Shown piece by piece: positions 1 through 13,053 of a DNA stretch of 64,000 bases. The first letter of the stretch is position 1. Every line of letters starts with the position of its first letter. Made by a program: the position numbers and the translations under genes. The stretch comes from Octopus vulgaris (Eukaryota), in the NCBI GenBank assembly GCA_951406725.2, contig OX597818.1, positions 49,476,001 through 49,540,000 of the forward strand, written 5' to 3'. Under the pieces are notes generated by a model that ran no database searches, was not told where the DNA came from, and worked only from the letters and a program-made list of their open reading frames with translations.

Positions 1-3000
1 TAAACATACGCAGATCCTAGAAAATATTTAAAATGATTAATTTAACACACTAAAGAAAGGTTTGACACAAGTTAAATATTTTGTGATTTTTGTCATAGAA
101 TTTCTGTAGCTTTTGTAGCTAAAAGTCTTATGTTAAACATTTCCAAACATAAGTTAAATAATGTTATTGTCATAACTGTTTACAGAATTATATTGGTCTC
201 ATAACTGCATCTACATTTCATACAAAAAATTAAGGTCCTTATAATGCTTATTTTATAACAGAATATCTTTCAATTAAATTACAGGACCAGTAGGGTACAT
301 TGAATTGCAAGGCAACCATGTTTTTATATTCTAATTAGAATATAATTAGTCTTCAAAACTGATCACAAACACTTATTTTATTTGATCATTTGTTCAGAAT
401 ATATTTTATCTCCTAAATAGAAATAATCTAAGCAAGACTAAAATGTCATCTAATTAAGCAATAAGATACAACACACGTTATATATATATGTGTATGTGTC
501 ATATAAATGTGTATGTATAAAGAGATTTATATACTGTCATAGTGATACGTGTAACATGTATTGACTCAGATTAGCTCATATCTAAATTAACAAAACTTTG
601 TCACATATACAATCATATACAAAAACCTTTAAATTTCTAGAAAAATTAAATGATCTCTTAAAGGAATATAAAAAATATAAAAATCAGTAAAATTCCAGAA
701 AATATCATAATCTTGTTTTCGTTATATAAGCCAGTCAATGTTTTGTTACGATTTTACAACCAGCCAAATTCCCCACCTCAAAACGAATTGAAAATATTTT
801 TTTTTTTTTTATTGGCAGGAAATATAAACTAAATACTGCTTCAAATAAAATTTTTAAATTTTGATTTTGATTTTTCTTTTTTTTTTTCTGATGAGAAAGA
901 TAAGACAGAAAGGAAGCTGAAAGCTATCAGCCCTAACCATAGCAATTCAATAAATCAATAGCAGCTGTTTAAACAGAATTATAATTATGTAACAATAGGG
1001 CTTTACTTCTTAACAACAAACTTAATATTAGTAGCAAAGCAAAAAAACGATAAACAATATTGTTTATATTAATTTTTTAAATATTTTTTTTCCTTTTTTT
1101 TTTTCAAGTGATCATGTAGGATTTATTTTAAGAGAAAAAAAATTCATTTAAAAATTCTGGGAAGTACAATTTGATGTGGCAGCAGCAGCATAGCCAATGG
1201 TGAGCCAAGAAGTTACCTTCCAGCAACTAATATGACAGCTCAAGCTGCACAGGGAAGCAGAAAACATAACATTATTAGGGTTTCATTATGAAAAAGAAAA
1301 TTGTTTAAAATATGAATTAATATCTAAGGAAGTCGACATTAGTTATGAAGCATGTTTTTTTTCTTTTTTTCTTTGTTCTTGTTGTTAAGCACCTTAGTAA
1401 TAAAATTAATAAGTGATGTAGCCAAGTGGAAAGGCTGCTGCCAATAGAAGTGGGACAAAAGATGACAAACTACAAAAGAATTTCTTCCTGATGCCAGACT
1501 TTCATTACAATACCTAATTGTTATAATATTACTTGCGTCAGTGTTAGAAATCCTTATTATTATTATTATTATTACCATTACCATAATTAATACTATTATC
1601 CAAAAGAATCCCTGACAAATATCTGAGTGTGGAGAATTCTTTACCAGAATCATAGAGGAAGATGTATGAAGTTCAAGACTATTGGTTTTGCTGTAAACAT
1701 GTGTACACAAACTAATCATATTACCACAGACATACTTAACTGCAATTAATTAAATTGTGTACACATATATACTGATACAAAACAAACAGGGTGCAATCAC
1801 ATTAATTTTCAAATTAAATGCATCTACATTTACACATATGTATATGTTGTTGAGTGTTCAGCCATATAAGACTCAATTCATAGGACTGAGTTTACTCATA
1901 TATATACATATATATATATTTACGCATACAATATGTGAATGCGTTTTTCATGTTCCCATAAGAATTTAAGGAACTGACTGCAGCCGATTGTTATCATTGT
2001 CACTTCTACATCTGTTTTTATTTTCTTCTGAACAAAATGGAACTTAACAGCATTGAAGCATCAGAAAGTAATTCTTATGTATAGAAGAGTTGTCCTTAGA
2101 AAAAAAAAAAAAAAAAAATGGTTACTTCAAAATTTGCTTTAAATTACTCATTTTTTATACATACTTGCAAATCTGTGTGATCAGAAATTGGGTGACGGTT
2201 TATTATCCGTCACAAGAGTTGTAATTTTAAAATTCATTCACTAATCAAACAAACATACATACATACACACACACATATCATGGTCCCACATGGCTTTTTC
2301 TTTTTTCCTTACTTTCTAGAAAGGAAATATTTCTCTTTTGTTTTGCAGGTCATTAATTAGCATGAGGAAAACCAATTGCATCCAAACATGGTTTTTTTAT
2401 TTTTTTTTGCCTTGTTTAATATCAAATGAAAACAGCATTTTTTTTGGGGAAAAAAAAAAGAACTTGTCTAACAGCTGAACAGATTAGAAAAATAAACCAA
2501 TGTTAAATTGGTTTGTTTTTCCAAGTAATTTGTTTTATTTACTTAGATTGGAAAAAAAAAAAAATATCTGCTCAATCCTGCTTTTAATCCCTGGCTCAGG
2601 AATATTTTTGTATGTAACATTTTTTTTTTTATTATTTATTTTTCAAAAATATAACAAAATCCCTCCCTTCAACTGCAACAGATCCCTTTAATAAAACAGA
2701 CTGAAATATTAAAAGGGAATCTTGGCAATGAGGTGTCTTTTTTTTTTTTTCTGCAAAATTGGAGAATTTCAATGGAGTTTATTAGCTTGGCTGCACTTAA
2801 TGGACATCTGTTGTAGAGACAGCAGGATGGCAAGTATGCATGCACAAACACACATACACACATGTGCACACACTAGATGGCCAAATATCTTTAGATATAT
2901 TGGCTGGCTTACAAAAAATATTAATTCATATGAATGCGCATGTGCAATTGAATATGTGTATATGTGTATTATAAGTCATATTTGTTTATATATCTATGTA

Positions 3001-3186
3001 CCTATAGATATTACATAGATATCTATTGATAGTTGTCTTTTTTGTTTGAAATGTCTTTATTAAAAATTTTAATCAAACAGAAAATTTATTTCCTTTCCTG
3101 TTAGGAATTTTAGATTTTCCTACTTCAAGTCCAAAAATTTACAAAAGATCAAGTTATCATTGGGGCCCCTCAAACTTGGGCTTTAG
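1..3186 (-). other. Probable long ARF6 3' UTR
   Basis: Follows the stop codon, is U-rich on the minus strand and lacks the SINE/RTE copies seen elsewhere. Its end is not determined. Confidence 0.55.
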
Positions 3187-3329
3187 TCAGGATTTGAAAT
3201 TAGAAGTCAACCAAGTGAGGCCCTCATAGAGTCCATCTCCTGTTGTTGCACATGATGGCTGCACATACCAATTCCTATCGCGCAGTCGAGTAAGACCTAG
3301 TTTCTCTTGAATTTCGTGTGGTTTCATTG
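3187..3329 (-). CDS. ARF6: ARF6 last coding exon ([47 protein letters not shown])
   Basis: Matches the ARF6 C-terminus. Acceptor ttacag at 3335-3330, phase-1 join G|CA (Ala), TGA at 3189-3187. Confidence 0.97.
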
Positions 3330-3676
3330 CTGTAAGAAACAATAAAGGACATACACGTAAAAATTTATTCAAGTTGCATTACCAAGATACAAAGACACTA
3401 ATATTTTAATAACAATCATATATAAGACAAAATTTTAAAGAATTGGCAAAAAGAAGCTGAAGTAAAACCATTTAAAAATCAAATTACCTTTAGTGCATAT
3501 TGGGACTATTATAAAAAGAACCATGTTCCTTCATGGCTTACTTTTTCTTTATTGCAACATTTTTGGTGTGGCACTGGTTGTTTGGCCCCAGGGTCAATCT
3601 GAATTGAGTAAGCCTTTGATTAAAAGGCATGACAGCCCGACCATTATATCATTTCAAGGATATCTAACATATCCTT

Positions 3677-3912
3677 CATCATCATCATCATCATTTAACG
3701 TCTGCTTTCCATTCTAGCATGGGTTTGCCGATTTGACTGAGGTCTGGCGAACCAGATGGCTGCACCAGACTCCAATCTGATCTGGCAGAGTTTCTACAGC
3801 TGGATGCCCGTCCTAACGCCAACCACTCCGAGTGTAGTGGATGCTTTTACGTGCCACCAGCATGAGGGCCAGTTTGGCGGTACTGGCAACGGCCACGCCC
3901 AAATGGTGCTTT
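3677..3912 (-). mobile_element. 5'-truncated RTE LINE 3' end with (GAT)n tail
   Basis: Reverse complement matches the 3' end of the RTE at 22300-22528. Confidence 0.85.
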
Positions 3913-4654
3913 CAAAATGATAAAGTGAGATTTGAAGGCATTTAACTTGTGGCACTAAAGGTTGTCACACTAAAGCTGGCTCTAATTTTTATTAACTGGT
4001 TAGTTTCCTTGTCTAGCCAGTGTTGTATTCTTTTCACATTACCTTTCATTCTATGTAATGGTTTTAGATGTTTTTGTAATTATATCATTGAATGTGTACA
4101 GCAATTTCATTATTATAGAAACCTAAGATATTTTATGAATGTTCCATAAAAAGAATGTTTAATTTGTATTTGAGCTAAGTGCTTTTGTGTTCTGTGTAAT
4201 TGGTGGAAATTGTTTTTTGTTGACAACTGTGATTGCTGGATGTTTTAATAGCACATACGTGATTTTATTTATTTATTTTTTTTTTTACAACTATTGTTTC
4301 AACAATTAAGATTTAATCTTCAGTCTCAAATTGCATAAACTAAGAGCACATGAGCTGAAAGAGTGACTGAGCATCAAAAAAGATCAGCTGATGTGTGTGT
4401 GTAGGAGAGGTAGGTGCATTGATAATATAGGATATGAAAATAGAGGATTCCCTGACAAATGAAAAACTGCTGAGCGGAAGATACATGCAGCAAACAATGA
4501 CCAAAGAAAATCTATGTTAAGAACAGAGAGCTGGAGTTTGGACAGATGATGATGATGATCAAGTAGGTCGATCAGATCTCAGAATGGTGGTCCATTCATA
4601 TAACACAAGATCAGAAGAATTGTGACATGATATACTACACACTGTTCAACTCAT

Positions 4655-5290
4655 GTCATCGTTTAACATCTGTTTTTCATGCTAGCATGATGAGTTGGGC
4701 AGTTTGACAAGATTTCTATGACTGGATGTCTTTCCTAATGCCAACCACTTGACTGTGTGTACTGGGTACTTTTTCTCATGCCACCGAAACTAGTGAGGTT
4801 GCTAAGTTAGTTGCAAGATTCAGGGTAAAAAAAAAAAAAAAAAAGAAAGAAAAAGAAATGGAGGTGGCTTTATGCCAAACCTCAAAAGCAAAACCATGAT
4901 AGAAGGATAAGCATGGGAATCTTGCGATACGAGAGATACATGGCTGCACCACATTATAGGAGTGGGTTAGAATAGCTAGAATGAAGATAAAAAATATTGG
5001 TGGCAGTGGGGTGGGCTAGGGCTTGTTCTGTAGGTACAAGATGGTAAGTGTAAGAACGAGTACAAATAGTGGAGGGTAATTTCATTAGAGTATGAGAGGA
5101 AGGTGTCACATGATTAGAAGTGTCTGTAGGTATTTACCATCAACCACACCTTCAAAAACAAAGGTAGAGATGTAGTTGATGGTAAATATCAGTATGGAAA
5201 GGCAAAGAAGGTGAAAGAGAGATCAAAGTAGCTCAGAAAAAGAGGTGACAAGAGGTTGCACAGGTGGAATAGAGATAAATCTGTAGATAG
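4655..5290 (-). mobile_element. Degenerate RTE 3' UTR and tail
   Basis: Tail motif plus similarity to 54100-54500 and 13190-13330. Confidence 0.55.
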
Positions 5291-5374
5291 ATCACTAAGT
5301 AGGGAGATGATATACAAGGTGTGAGAGAAAAGAGGGAGGGTACAGAGTTTTTAAGAACAATCTTTGATACATAC

Positions 5375-5573
5375 CTTCTGGAAGGTCTTGTTTGTTAGCA
5401 AATATAAGAATGATAGCATCTCTCATTTCTCGGTCATTAATAATTCGATGGAGCTCTTGTTTAGCTTCATCAATTCTATCTCTATCGGCACAGTCTACCA
5501 CAAATATAAGCCCCTGTGTTCCAGTATAGTAGTGACGCCATAATGGACGAATTTTGTCTTGACCTCCAACATC
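5375..5573 (-). CDS. ARF6: ARF6 coding exon 3 ([12 protein letters not shown]...NKQDLPE)
   Basis: G3 (DVGGQ) and G4 (NKQD) motifs. Acceptor tcttcag, donor G|gtatgt, 199 nt. Confidence 0.97.
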
Positions 5574-5779
5574 CTGAAGAAACAAACAAAGCAGAAAGTT
5601 TATAATAATAATAATAATAATAAGCATACATAGGGCAGAAGTCAATTGAAATGAAGGACTCAGAGTCAGTACATGCCTTCTTTATAGCCAAATTAAACAC
5701 AACAGGTAACAATGACTAATTTAATGAAAATGGTGATATGTATATGATTGTTCACAAATGAAGAGCATAAAATTACCAA

Positions 5780-6020
5780 ATATGAGGCCTATCGTGAGCC
5801 CTAGGGATTCATGTCTGAAGCTTAACTGTTTCCACAGTGTATAAGTGACAGATTACAATGGTCCCCATTGAGTGGACACAGATCTGTTGCAGGGTTAACT
5901 TTGTAGGGTTAATCACATACAGCTGAGTGAACTAGAACAATGTGAAATGAAGTGTTTTGCTCAAGGACACAGCACATTACCAAGTCTGAGAATTGAAACT
6001 TATGACTAGCCCACATGTCT
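5780..6020 (-). mobile_element. Degenerate tRNA-derived SINE of the same family as 45790-46051
   Basis: cagctgagtgaactagaacaatgtgaaatgaagtgttttgctcaaggacac is the reverse complement of the 45875-45925 core. Confidence 0.6.
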
Positions 6021-6057
6021 TCACAACCAAACATAAGAATGCTTAACGAATGCTTAA

Positions 6058-6276
6058 CCCTTTCGTTACTGTATTTATTTTGAGATGCTCTGTTTCTTTC
6101 AATTATTTTAAATATAACAAATAATTTAGTAAAATAACTTAGTTATCATTAAGCTAGTATTAGGAATATAAATTGCTACTAAGGTTTGGTGGTATATTTT
6201 GATGCAAAACTTATGAAAACAAGACATTTGTACTACAGAGCCAGAGCCAGTTTTGGCCGGGTTGGTAACGAAAGGG
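6058..6276. mobile_element. piggyBac-like MITE
   Basis: TIR CCCTTTCGTTAC/GTAACGAAAGGG, TTAA on the left and TAAA on the right. Three more copies in the window. Confidence 0.88.
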
Positions 6277-6693
6277 TAAATATATATAGTTTTTACTGGT
6301 TTTACTGTCAATGAAATATGGTCAAGCTGGGGCAATGCTTTCAAGAATTTGTTTTCATCATATCAACCCCAGTACTTGGCAGGCAGTATTTGAGCCAGCT
6401 TTTTATGTTGAGTTCCAATACCACCATGGCCTCCTACTTGAGTGATAGATTTAACCCACTGTCTAAGTCAAGATCACCAACTGGCACTATGGGTGTCCTT
6501 AGAAGAGTCCACTCTGTTGCAAACACTCTGGGCCAGGTTTCCTGCTTGAGGACATCTCCTTCCTTCCACCCAGTCTCACAGGCCTTGTAATGACTCATGG
6601 TCACTAACTTTACTCCTGACTAAATAAATGAAAAGTAAAAAAAAAAAAATCCTAAAAAGCAGAGAACCACCGAAGACAAACTGTACAAATATA

Positions 6694-7086
6694 GGCGCAG
6701 GAGTGGCTGTGTGGTAAGTAGCTTGCTAACCAACCACATGGTTCCGGGTTCAGTCCCACTGCGTGGCATCTTGGGCAAGTGTCTTCTGCTATAGCCCCGG
6801 GCCGACCAATGCCTTGTGAGTGGATTTGGTAGACGGAAACTGAAAGAAGCCCGTCGTATATATGTATATATATATGTGTGCCTGTGTTTGTCCCCCTAGC
6901 ATTGCTTGACAACCGATGCTGGTGTGTTTACGTCCCCGTTACTTAGCAGTTCGGCAAAAGAGACCGATAGAATAAGTACTGGGCTTACAAAGAATAAGTC
7001 CCGGGGTCGATTTGCTCGACTAAAGGCGGTGCTCCAGCATGGCCGCAGTCAAAATGACTGAAACAAGTAAAAGAGAGTAAAAGAGT
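6694..7086 (+). mobile_element. tRNA-derived SINE (family C), full length
   Basis: A box TGGCTGTGTGG, B box GGTTCAGTCCC, internal TA/TG tract, (AAGAGT) tail, AAATAT flanks. Near-identical copy at 33215. Confidence 0.9.
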
Positions 7087-7309
7087 AAATATGTTGGAGT
7101 AAAATATGTGAGATGAAAAATATTTCACAAAATGAAATAATCTAGAGAATAAAAATTTAGTCTTGTACTTCAACACAGACAGCAGAGTGTATCATAATGT
7201 ACTAACATAGATAATGTAAGCTATTATAGCAGATATAAGACGCATACTAATGTACATATGAAGAGATATAGTAAATATTTTATAGAAGGCATGGACTAAT
7301 ACAGGTATG

Positions 7310-7514
7310 GGTTTCAAATTTTAACACAAGGGCAGCAATTTGTGGGATGGGCAATTACTCTGATGCCAATGCTCAGATGGTGCTTATTTTATCAACCCCA
7401 AAAAGGACAAAAAGTAGAGCTTGATGGGAATTTGAACTCAGAACGTAAATACAGACAAAATGCCATTAAGCATTTTTGCCTGGTGTGCTAATGATTCTGG
7501 CAGCTCACCACCTT
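7310..7514 (-). mobile_element. Degenerate SINE (family E)
   Basis: Similar to 10305-10537 and 35337-35570. Confidence 0.7.
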
Positions 7515-8869
7515 ATGTACTAATATAGATAATACAGTACAGAAGACATAACAGAAGGCACGTAGTAATACAGAAGACACACTAACATAGATATGGAGAG
7601 ATATCGTAGTAGAAAGAGAAACTATAAAAGAAAAGATAATTATGAGTTCCTAGAATAGACAAAATATAAAATTTCACGGGTAAAATATCCGTATGTCACT
7701 CTTTCATACACATAACCCACTGTTTTAGCAAAATAATGAGTGTCTCAAATACCAGCATAATACTGACACAAGGAAAATCAATCCTCCAACCAAAATAAGA
7801 GAATTGGGTGACTTTGAAAAAATTTAAGAATCAAATATCTTGTTACTTTCTACACGACCGACATTAACACCAAGTGAGGAGATATATCAACACCGAGGCA
7901 GAAATGTATTTGTGAAAAGAAAGGCAGGAGGAAGAAGAGGTTCATTATGGCTGCAAAGATCAGATATTAATAAATAAAATATTAGAAGACTGCAGGCTGG
8001 AAAAGAGAGACCAACCAACATACTGACAGGCTAAAGCTTATAATTGTGTTGAACTGCATTCATGGGTCAGTAAATCAATAGCAATGTATAATTTATTAGC
8101 AGTAGTTATAGGGTTCATGAAAACTACTATGAGCAAATGGAGGACAAAAATATAACTAAATCACAATGAATGAGTCCGAAAAACATACAATTTATTTAAA
8201 AAATATCATATTCCAGAGACATTCATTCGTCGTAAATTCTACTGGGTATGGCACTTACAATGTTAAATATTTCACTAAATTCTAGAGGAACTGACTACTA
8301 GGTTTGTAAAATTGAGTTCAGCCACTGTATAGACAACATTAAACTGTTTACTTGTTAAAAGCTGAAGTCAGAAAATAGTTTTGCAAACTGTAACAATCTA
8401 CAACTCTAATACCAATACAGGATTTGAGGTTGATAAATATGCAAGAGATGCCTTCAGTCGTGCAACCTGAACAAGTTAGTAAACACTGACCACGGACCTA
8501 ATCATGTACTAATAAAATATGCATTGGGAGGGGTTTATGAAAATCTGGAAGTCAATGAAAGCAAACAAATAAAACGTATGAAAGTGTTAATAAACTGAGG
8601 GAGCACCATCATGGTTGCTAGAAAAGGTAGCCAAATGCCTTCAAACCACATCCATTTTTGTTTTCTTTATTATTATTATTATTATTATTATTTTTATTAA
8701 TGAGCATTTTAATAATATAATTCTACACATGATACTTGAAAAATGGTATAAACATGGCAGTAATATTTTTGATCACAAGTCTACTCAAAGCTGAACTGGG
8801 GCAATAATGAGAAACAAGCCAATAAGCTAGACCTAAAATCTCTGTCAGAGATGAATGCAGTAGCTGTAC

Positions 8870-9136
8870 TGGTAAGTAATGCTTGTTGCCACTTCAACAT
8901 AGCTTTTCCATTGGAATGGATGTTACTGAGATGTTTTAATCCCAAGAGGACATTTCTTCTAGCTGGTTAATGATGCACACATGCACCTGATATATTACTT
9001 GAAATATATCGGATGCAGGTGTGCATCGTTAACCAGCCAAAGGAAATATCTTTTTGGGGTTAAAAAAAAAAAAATCACAGTAATGTCTGTTCGAATGGAA
9101 CAGCTGTGCTGAAATAGCAACAAACATTACTTGCCA
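8870..9136. repeat. Foldback element with ~125-bp imperfect inverted arms
   Basis: Arms align by eye at roughly 80% identity, centred near 9000. Confidence 0.9.
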
Positions 9137-9506
9137 ACAACGAGAAAGTTAATCCAAAAGGATACACAACTACCAGATGCGTATGATACTAAAGTGTGAA
9201 CTTGACAACTTTGAACACACAAAGAAACAACAAACCCTACAACAGTCTCATTAACCAAACTAGTTTCAATGACATGAAGTCAAAGTTGCAAGAGATCCAA
9301 CTACAAGACAAAAAAAAAATTATGAAGCTACAATATTGAGAATTCGTCATATAAATACTGACATACATTACATGACAGAATGGAGCGTGTAATCTTGTGC
9401 AATTAAAGATGGCCTATGTAGAGGGATTACCATTATGTTGTACACATAATTCTAGAAAAGGCAAGGCACCCCATTATAAGCAAATGCAAAATGTGACAAA
9501 CGGGTA

Positions 9507-9680
9507 TTCATCATCAATGTTTAACGTCCGCTTTCCATGCTAGCATGGGTTGGATGATTTTGACTGAGGGCTGGCGAACCAGATGGCTGCACCAGGCTCC
9601 AATCTTGATCTAGCAGAGTTTCTACAGCTGGATGCCCTTCCTAATGCCAACCACTCTAAGATTGTAGTGGGTGCTTTTTA
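9507..9680 (-). mobile_element. RTE 3' end
   Basis: Same tail as 3677-3912 and 46700-46920. Confidence 0.85.
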
Positions 9681-10304
9681 TTGTTGTTTAAATTGATTAC
9701 AAATGTTTCAAGTTTTGGTACAAGAGCAACAATTTGGAAGAGAAGAGGTTAGTCAATTACATCAAACCCAGTACTTGATTGGTACTTAACTTACTGACCC
9801 CTCAAAAGAAAATGAAAGGCAAAGTTGACCTCAGTGGTCTCTGAACTCAGAACAAAGATCGAAGAACTGCTACTGAGCATTTTGCCCAATATGCTAATGA
9901 TTCTGCCTGTTCACCTTAAGGAAAAGATAAACTAAAGCACATTTGGAACTGAGCATCCATACAAACCAAACAGAACAGCTATAACAATAAAAGTTGAAAC
10001 ATTTAAAGACTGACGCTCACAGAAGTAGTGTCATCCTCAAAGATATGCATAAACATAGAAATGATGAAACAGGTGGGAATATCCCTGATATAATGTTATA
10101 ATAGACAAGTTTTCCAGATCCTTTGCTATTGTGTAACTTAGGTTGAGAAATTTTCCAAATATAGACCTAGTAACAGAAATAATGTAGAATAGAGACACAA
10201 GAACAGCCTCTGTCACTATATGAGTGACAGAAGCAATGAGGTGTGAAACAAAATATTTAAAAACTACATGGAAAGCTACATATTTAAATCTGAGAAGATA
10301 TATA

Positions 10305-10537
10305 TTTTTCTTTACTACCCTCAAGGGACTAAACACAGAGAGGACAAACAAGGACAGACAAACGGATAAAGTCAATTACATCAACTCCAGTGTGTAACTG
10401 GTACTTAATTTATCGACCCCGAAAAGATGAAAGGCAAAGTCGACCTCGGCGGAATTTGAACTCAGAACGTAACGGCAGACGAAATATGGCTACGCTTTTC
10501 GCCCGGTGTGCTAACGTTTCTGCCAGCTCGCCACCTT
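10305..10537 (-). mobile_element. SINE (family E), full length, with TSD
   Basis: Central GCCTTTCATC-TTTCGGGGTCGATAAATTAAGTACC domain. TTAAATCTGAGAAGATATATA at 10284-10304 and 10536-10556. Confidence 0.9.
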
Positions 10538-11237
10538 AAATCTGAGAAGATATATATATATATATATATATATCTGAGAAGATATATATATATATATATA
10601 TACAGATGTCCACACTATCGATATAGTGTGAAATATATCAATAAAACAAAGACAAAGAAGTGGTGACCACAAATGAATATTATTTTATAATTACCGAATG
10701 GTACTGGTAGAATAGAATACATGTATCCTAAGCAGGACAAAATATTTTGTAATAATAGTAATAACAGTTTTCAGTATAAACTAGTGAAATTTTGAAGTCA
10801 TGTCTATGCTTTTTCCAAAAGCATTTAGTGGAAGCCAAGTCCAAAAGATAAAACCACATCATGGGTTTATTTGCCAAGAAACTTTCATAATTTCTTACAC
10901 AAAAACAGATAAATGGAAAGATGTGATGTTTGTGTTGATAGACATGAAGACTAGTGTAGCAGGCAGATAAGAAATGGATAAAAATAATACCACAAGGTGT
11001 TATTTACATTTTATAAGTTGCGACTGCACTATTACAATCAATATAATAGAATGATTTAAAAATTGCAAATGAACAGTTTTTGTCTAATACTCCCTAAAAA
11101 ATTACAAGTGAATATAACCATAAAATGACTGAAACTTCAACCAAAATTATATTACAAAAGGTAATATAGAAACTAATATTCTACCACAAAGTTTTTTGCT
11201 GCCACATACAAACAATGCCCATAGACTTGAAAATTTA

Positions 11238-11453
<216 letters not shown>

Positions 11454-11995
11454 TCAACAATATTTAAATCTAAAAATAAAAAGTAAGTAAATTGATACAA
11501 AACAGCAGATTAAAATAACTATCAACAACAAAAGGTCAGTTGAAACAAGAAAGGATTAATTTACGTTGCATTCCTTGAAGGCAATGTAACGATTATATAA
11601 TTTTAACGGGGGTCACTTAAACATGTTTAAGCATATCAAGAAATGCTAACCTCTCGTAAAAATATTTGCTTCTTGCACAAGCATTTAATATTGAGTTATA
11701 TTGTCTTTATATATATATTTTTTTTTTTTTGCAAAAGAATTTTGAACAAATGCAATAAATGGTTAGTGGTATTAAGCTGGAAAACACAAAAGTACTACAA
11801 TCAATAGGCTGGTTCAGATAGTTGACACAGCTCCCAACCGCTTCATATTCTGACATAAATAGAAAAATTCAATTTTTTTAACCTTTGACGCTTAAAAACA
11901 GCTAAAGACCTGAAAGAGAATACATTATTATAAGAAATACAGCAACGTTAAATCCTAAAACCAAGTCTTTGGTGATACAAATGCTTTTAATAAAG

Positions 11996-12185
11996 ATTTC
12001 AAATTCTGGCACAAGGCCTGCAGTAAGTCATTATCATCAACCCCAGTACTAATTTTATAGACATTGAAAGGATGAAAGGCAAAGTCGACCTCAGCAGCAT
12101 TTGAACTCGGAATGTAAAGCCAGAAGATATGACACTATACATTTTGTCTGGAGCAGAGCAATGACTCTGCTGACTCACTACCTTA
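11996..12185 (-). mobile_element. SINE (family E), degenerate
   Basis: gatgaaaggcaaagtcgacctc core. Confidence 0.75.
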
Positions 12186-12778
12186 AATGCTTGTAATAAT
12201 ACTAGTAAATATAGTTAAATACTCAATAAGCTAAAATCACACTAAAATAAAATATTTAAAATGTTAAACTATTCAATTCCCCACCCCAGACCCAAGCAAA
12301 ACAAACTTTTGTGACCTTAACTTTTCAAATGCCAGCGTTTTTATTCAACTGTCCCATTACAAAAGCAGTTTTAGTGGATGTTATTTGTATATATAAAGAA
12401 ACATTGCATGTGTTGTACAAAGCTATTAAATGGTACAAATCACCTATTAATACTGGAGAGTGGTTAAACAGGCTATCAGTTGAGAAAACAAAAGGCAAAA
12501 TATTCAGGCTTAGAGACACAGGAATCCATTTTCTTATGAGAAATATTCTGATCTGAGCTAGTGTTGCTGCTATCATCTCCCAATCTTTGTTGCATTTATA
12601 GTCTTTTTCAAAGATTACAGTAGTTTATTCTATTCCTTCTTATAAGATGGTTTCTAGACAAAGTAATTTAATACAAGTACATAATTTAATTCGAATTAAT
12701 CAAAAGGATGAATATCTTGGCAAAATCTATTCATAGATTTGTCGTTATTAATATTTTAGATTAAATGTTTAAATATTT

Positions 12779-13053
12779 TTCGTTTTTGGATTTGGTTTGC
12801 AAGATTCTTTATATGAGTTCGTGTGTTGAAGCATATTCTGTTGTGTCTGGGGAGAGTCATTTTCTTTTTGTGCCTTATAATGTAACACACTCACCAGTAA
12901 AATTTCCACTGACAGAGTCAAGACTATTGAAAAGTTTGCAAGAAGCAACGAAAATTTTAGGAAAATAAAAATAAGAAATAAGAGGAAATTTTAACGGTGT
13001 GTGTGTTACATTATTAGGCAGATAAAGAAAATGACTCTCCCCAGACACAACAG
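12779..13053. mobile_element. Penelope-like non-autonomous insertion with inverted duplication
   Basis: 70-bp inverted arms 12838-12908/12984-13053. GTTTAAATATTT duplicated at 12767-12778 and 13053-13064. Confidence 0.7.
12924..12960 (+). ncRNA. Minimal hammerhead-like motif, U3-A8 variant
   Basis: CTA-TTGAAAA-GTTTGC-AAGAA-GCAAC-GAA-AATT-T-TAG. Helix I is only 3 bp. Confidence 0.45.

Larger units (their letters stand above)
7600..10100 (+). mobile_element. Heavily decayed, interrupted non-LTR retrotransposon remnants (R4/Dong-like)
   Basis: GCKDQILINK at about 7949-7978 resembles the R4-clade RT motif. Many stops and younger insertions. Confidence 0.4.

Noticed and set aside
888-930. CTGATGA...GAAAGCTATC as a hammerhead
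   Set aside because: No helix II or convincing helix I pairing.
1339-1719. 126-aa ORF and the many other short ORFs in the track
   Set aside because: Low-complexity or microsatellite-driven, often with non-ATG starts, and no recognisable domains or splice support.
6694-6765. tRNA gene
   Set aside because: The A/B boxes belong to a multi-copy SINE head; no full cloverleaf is evident.
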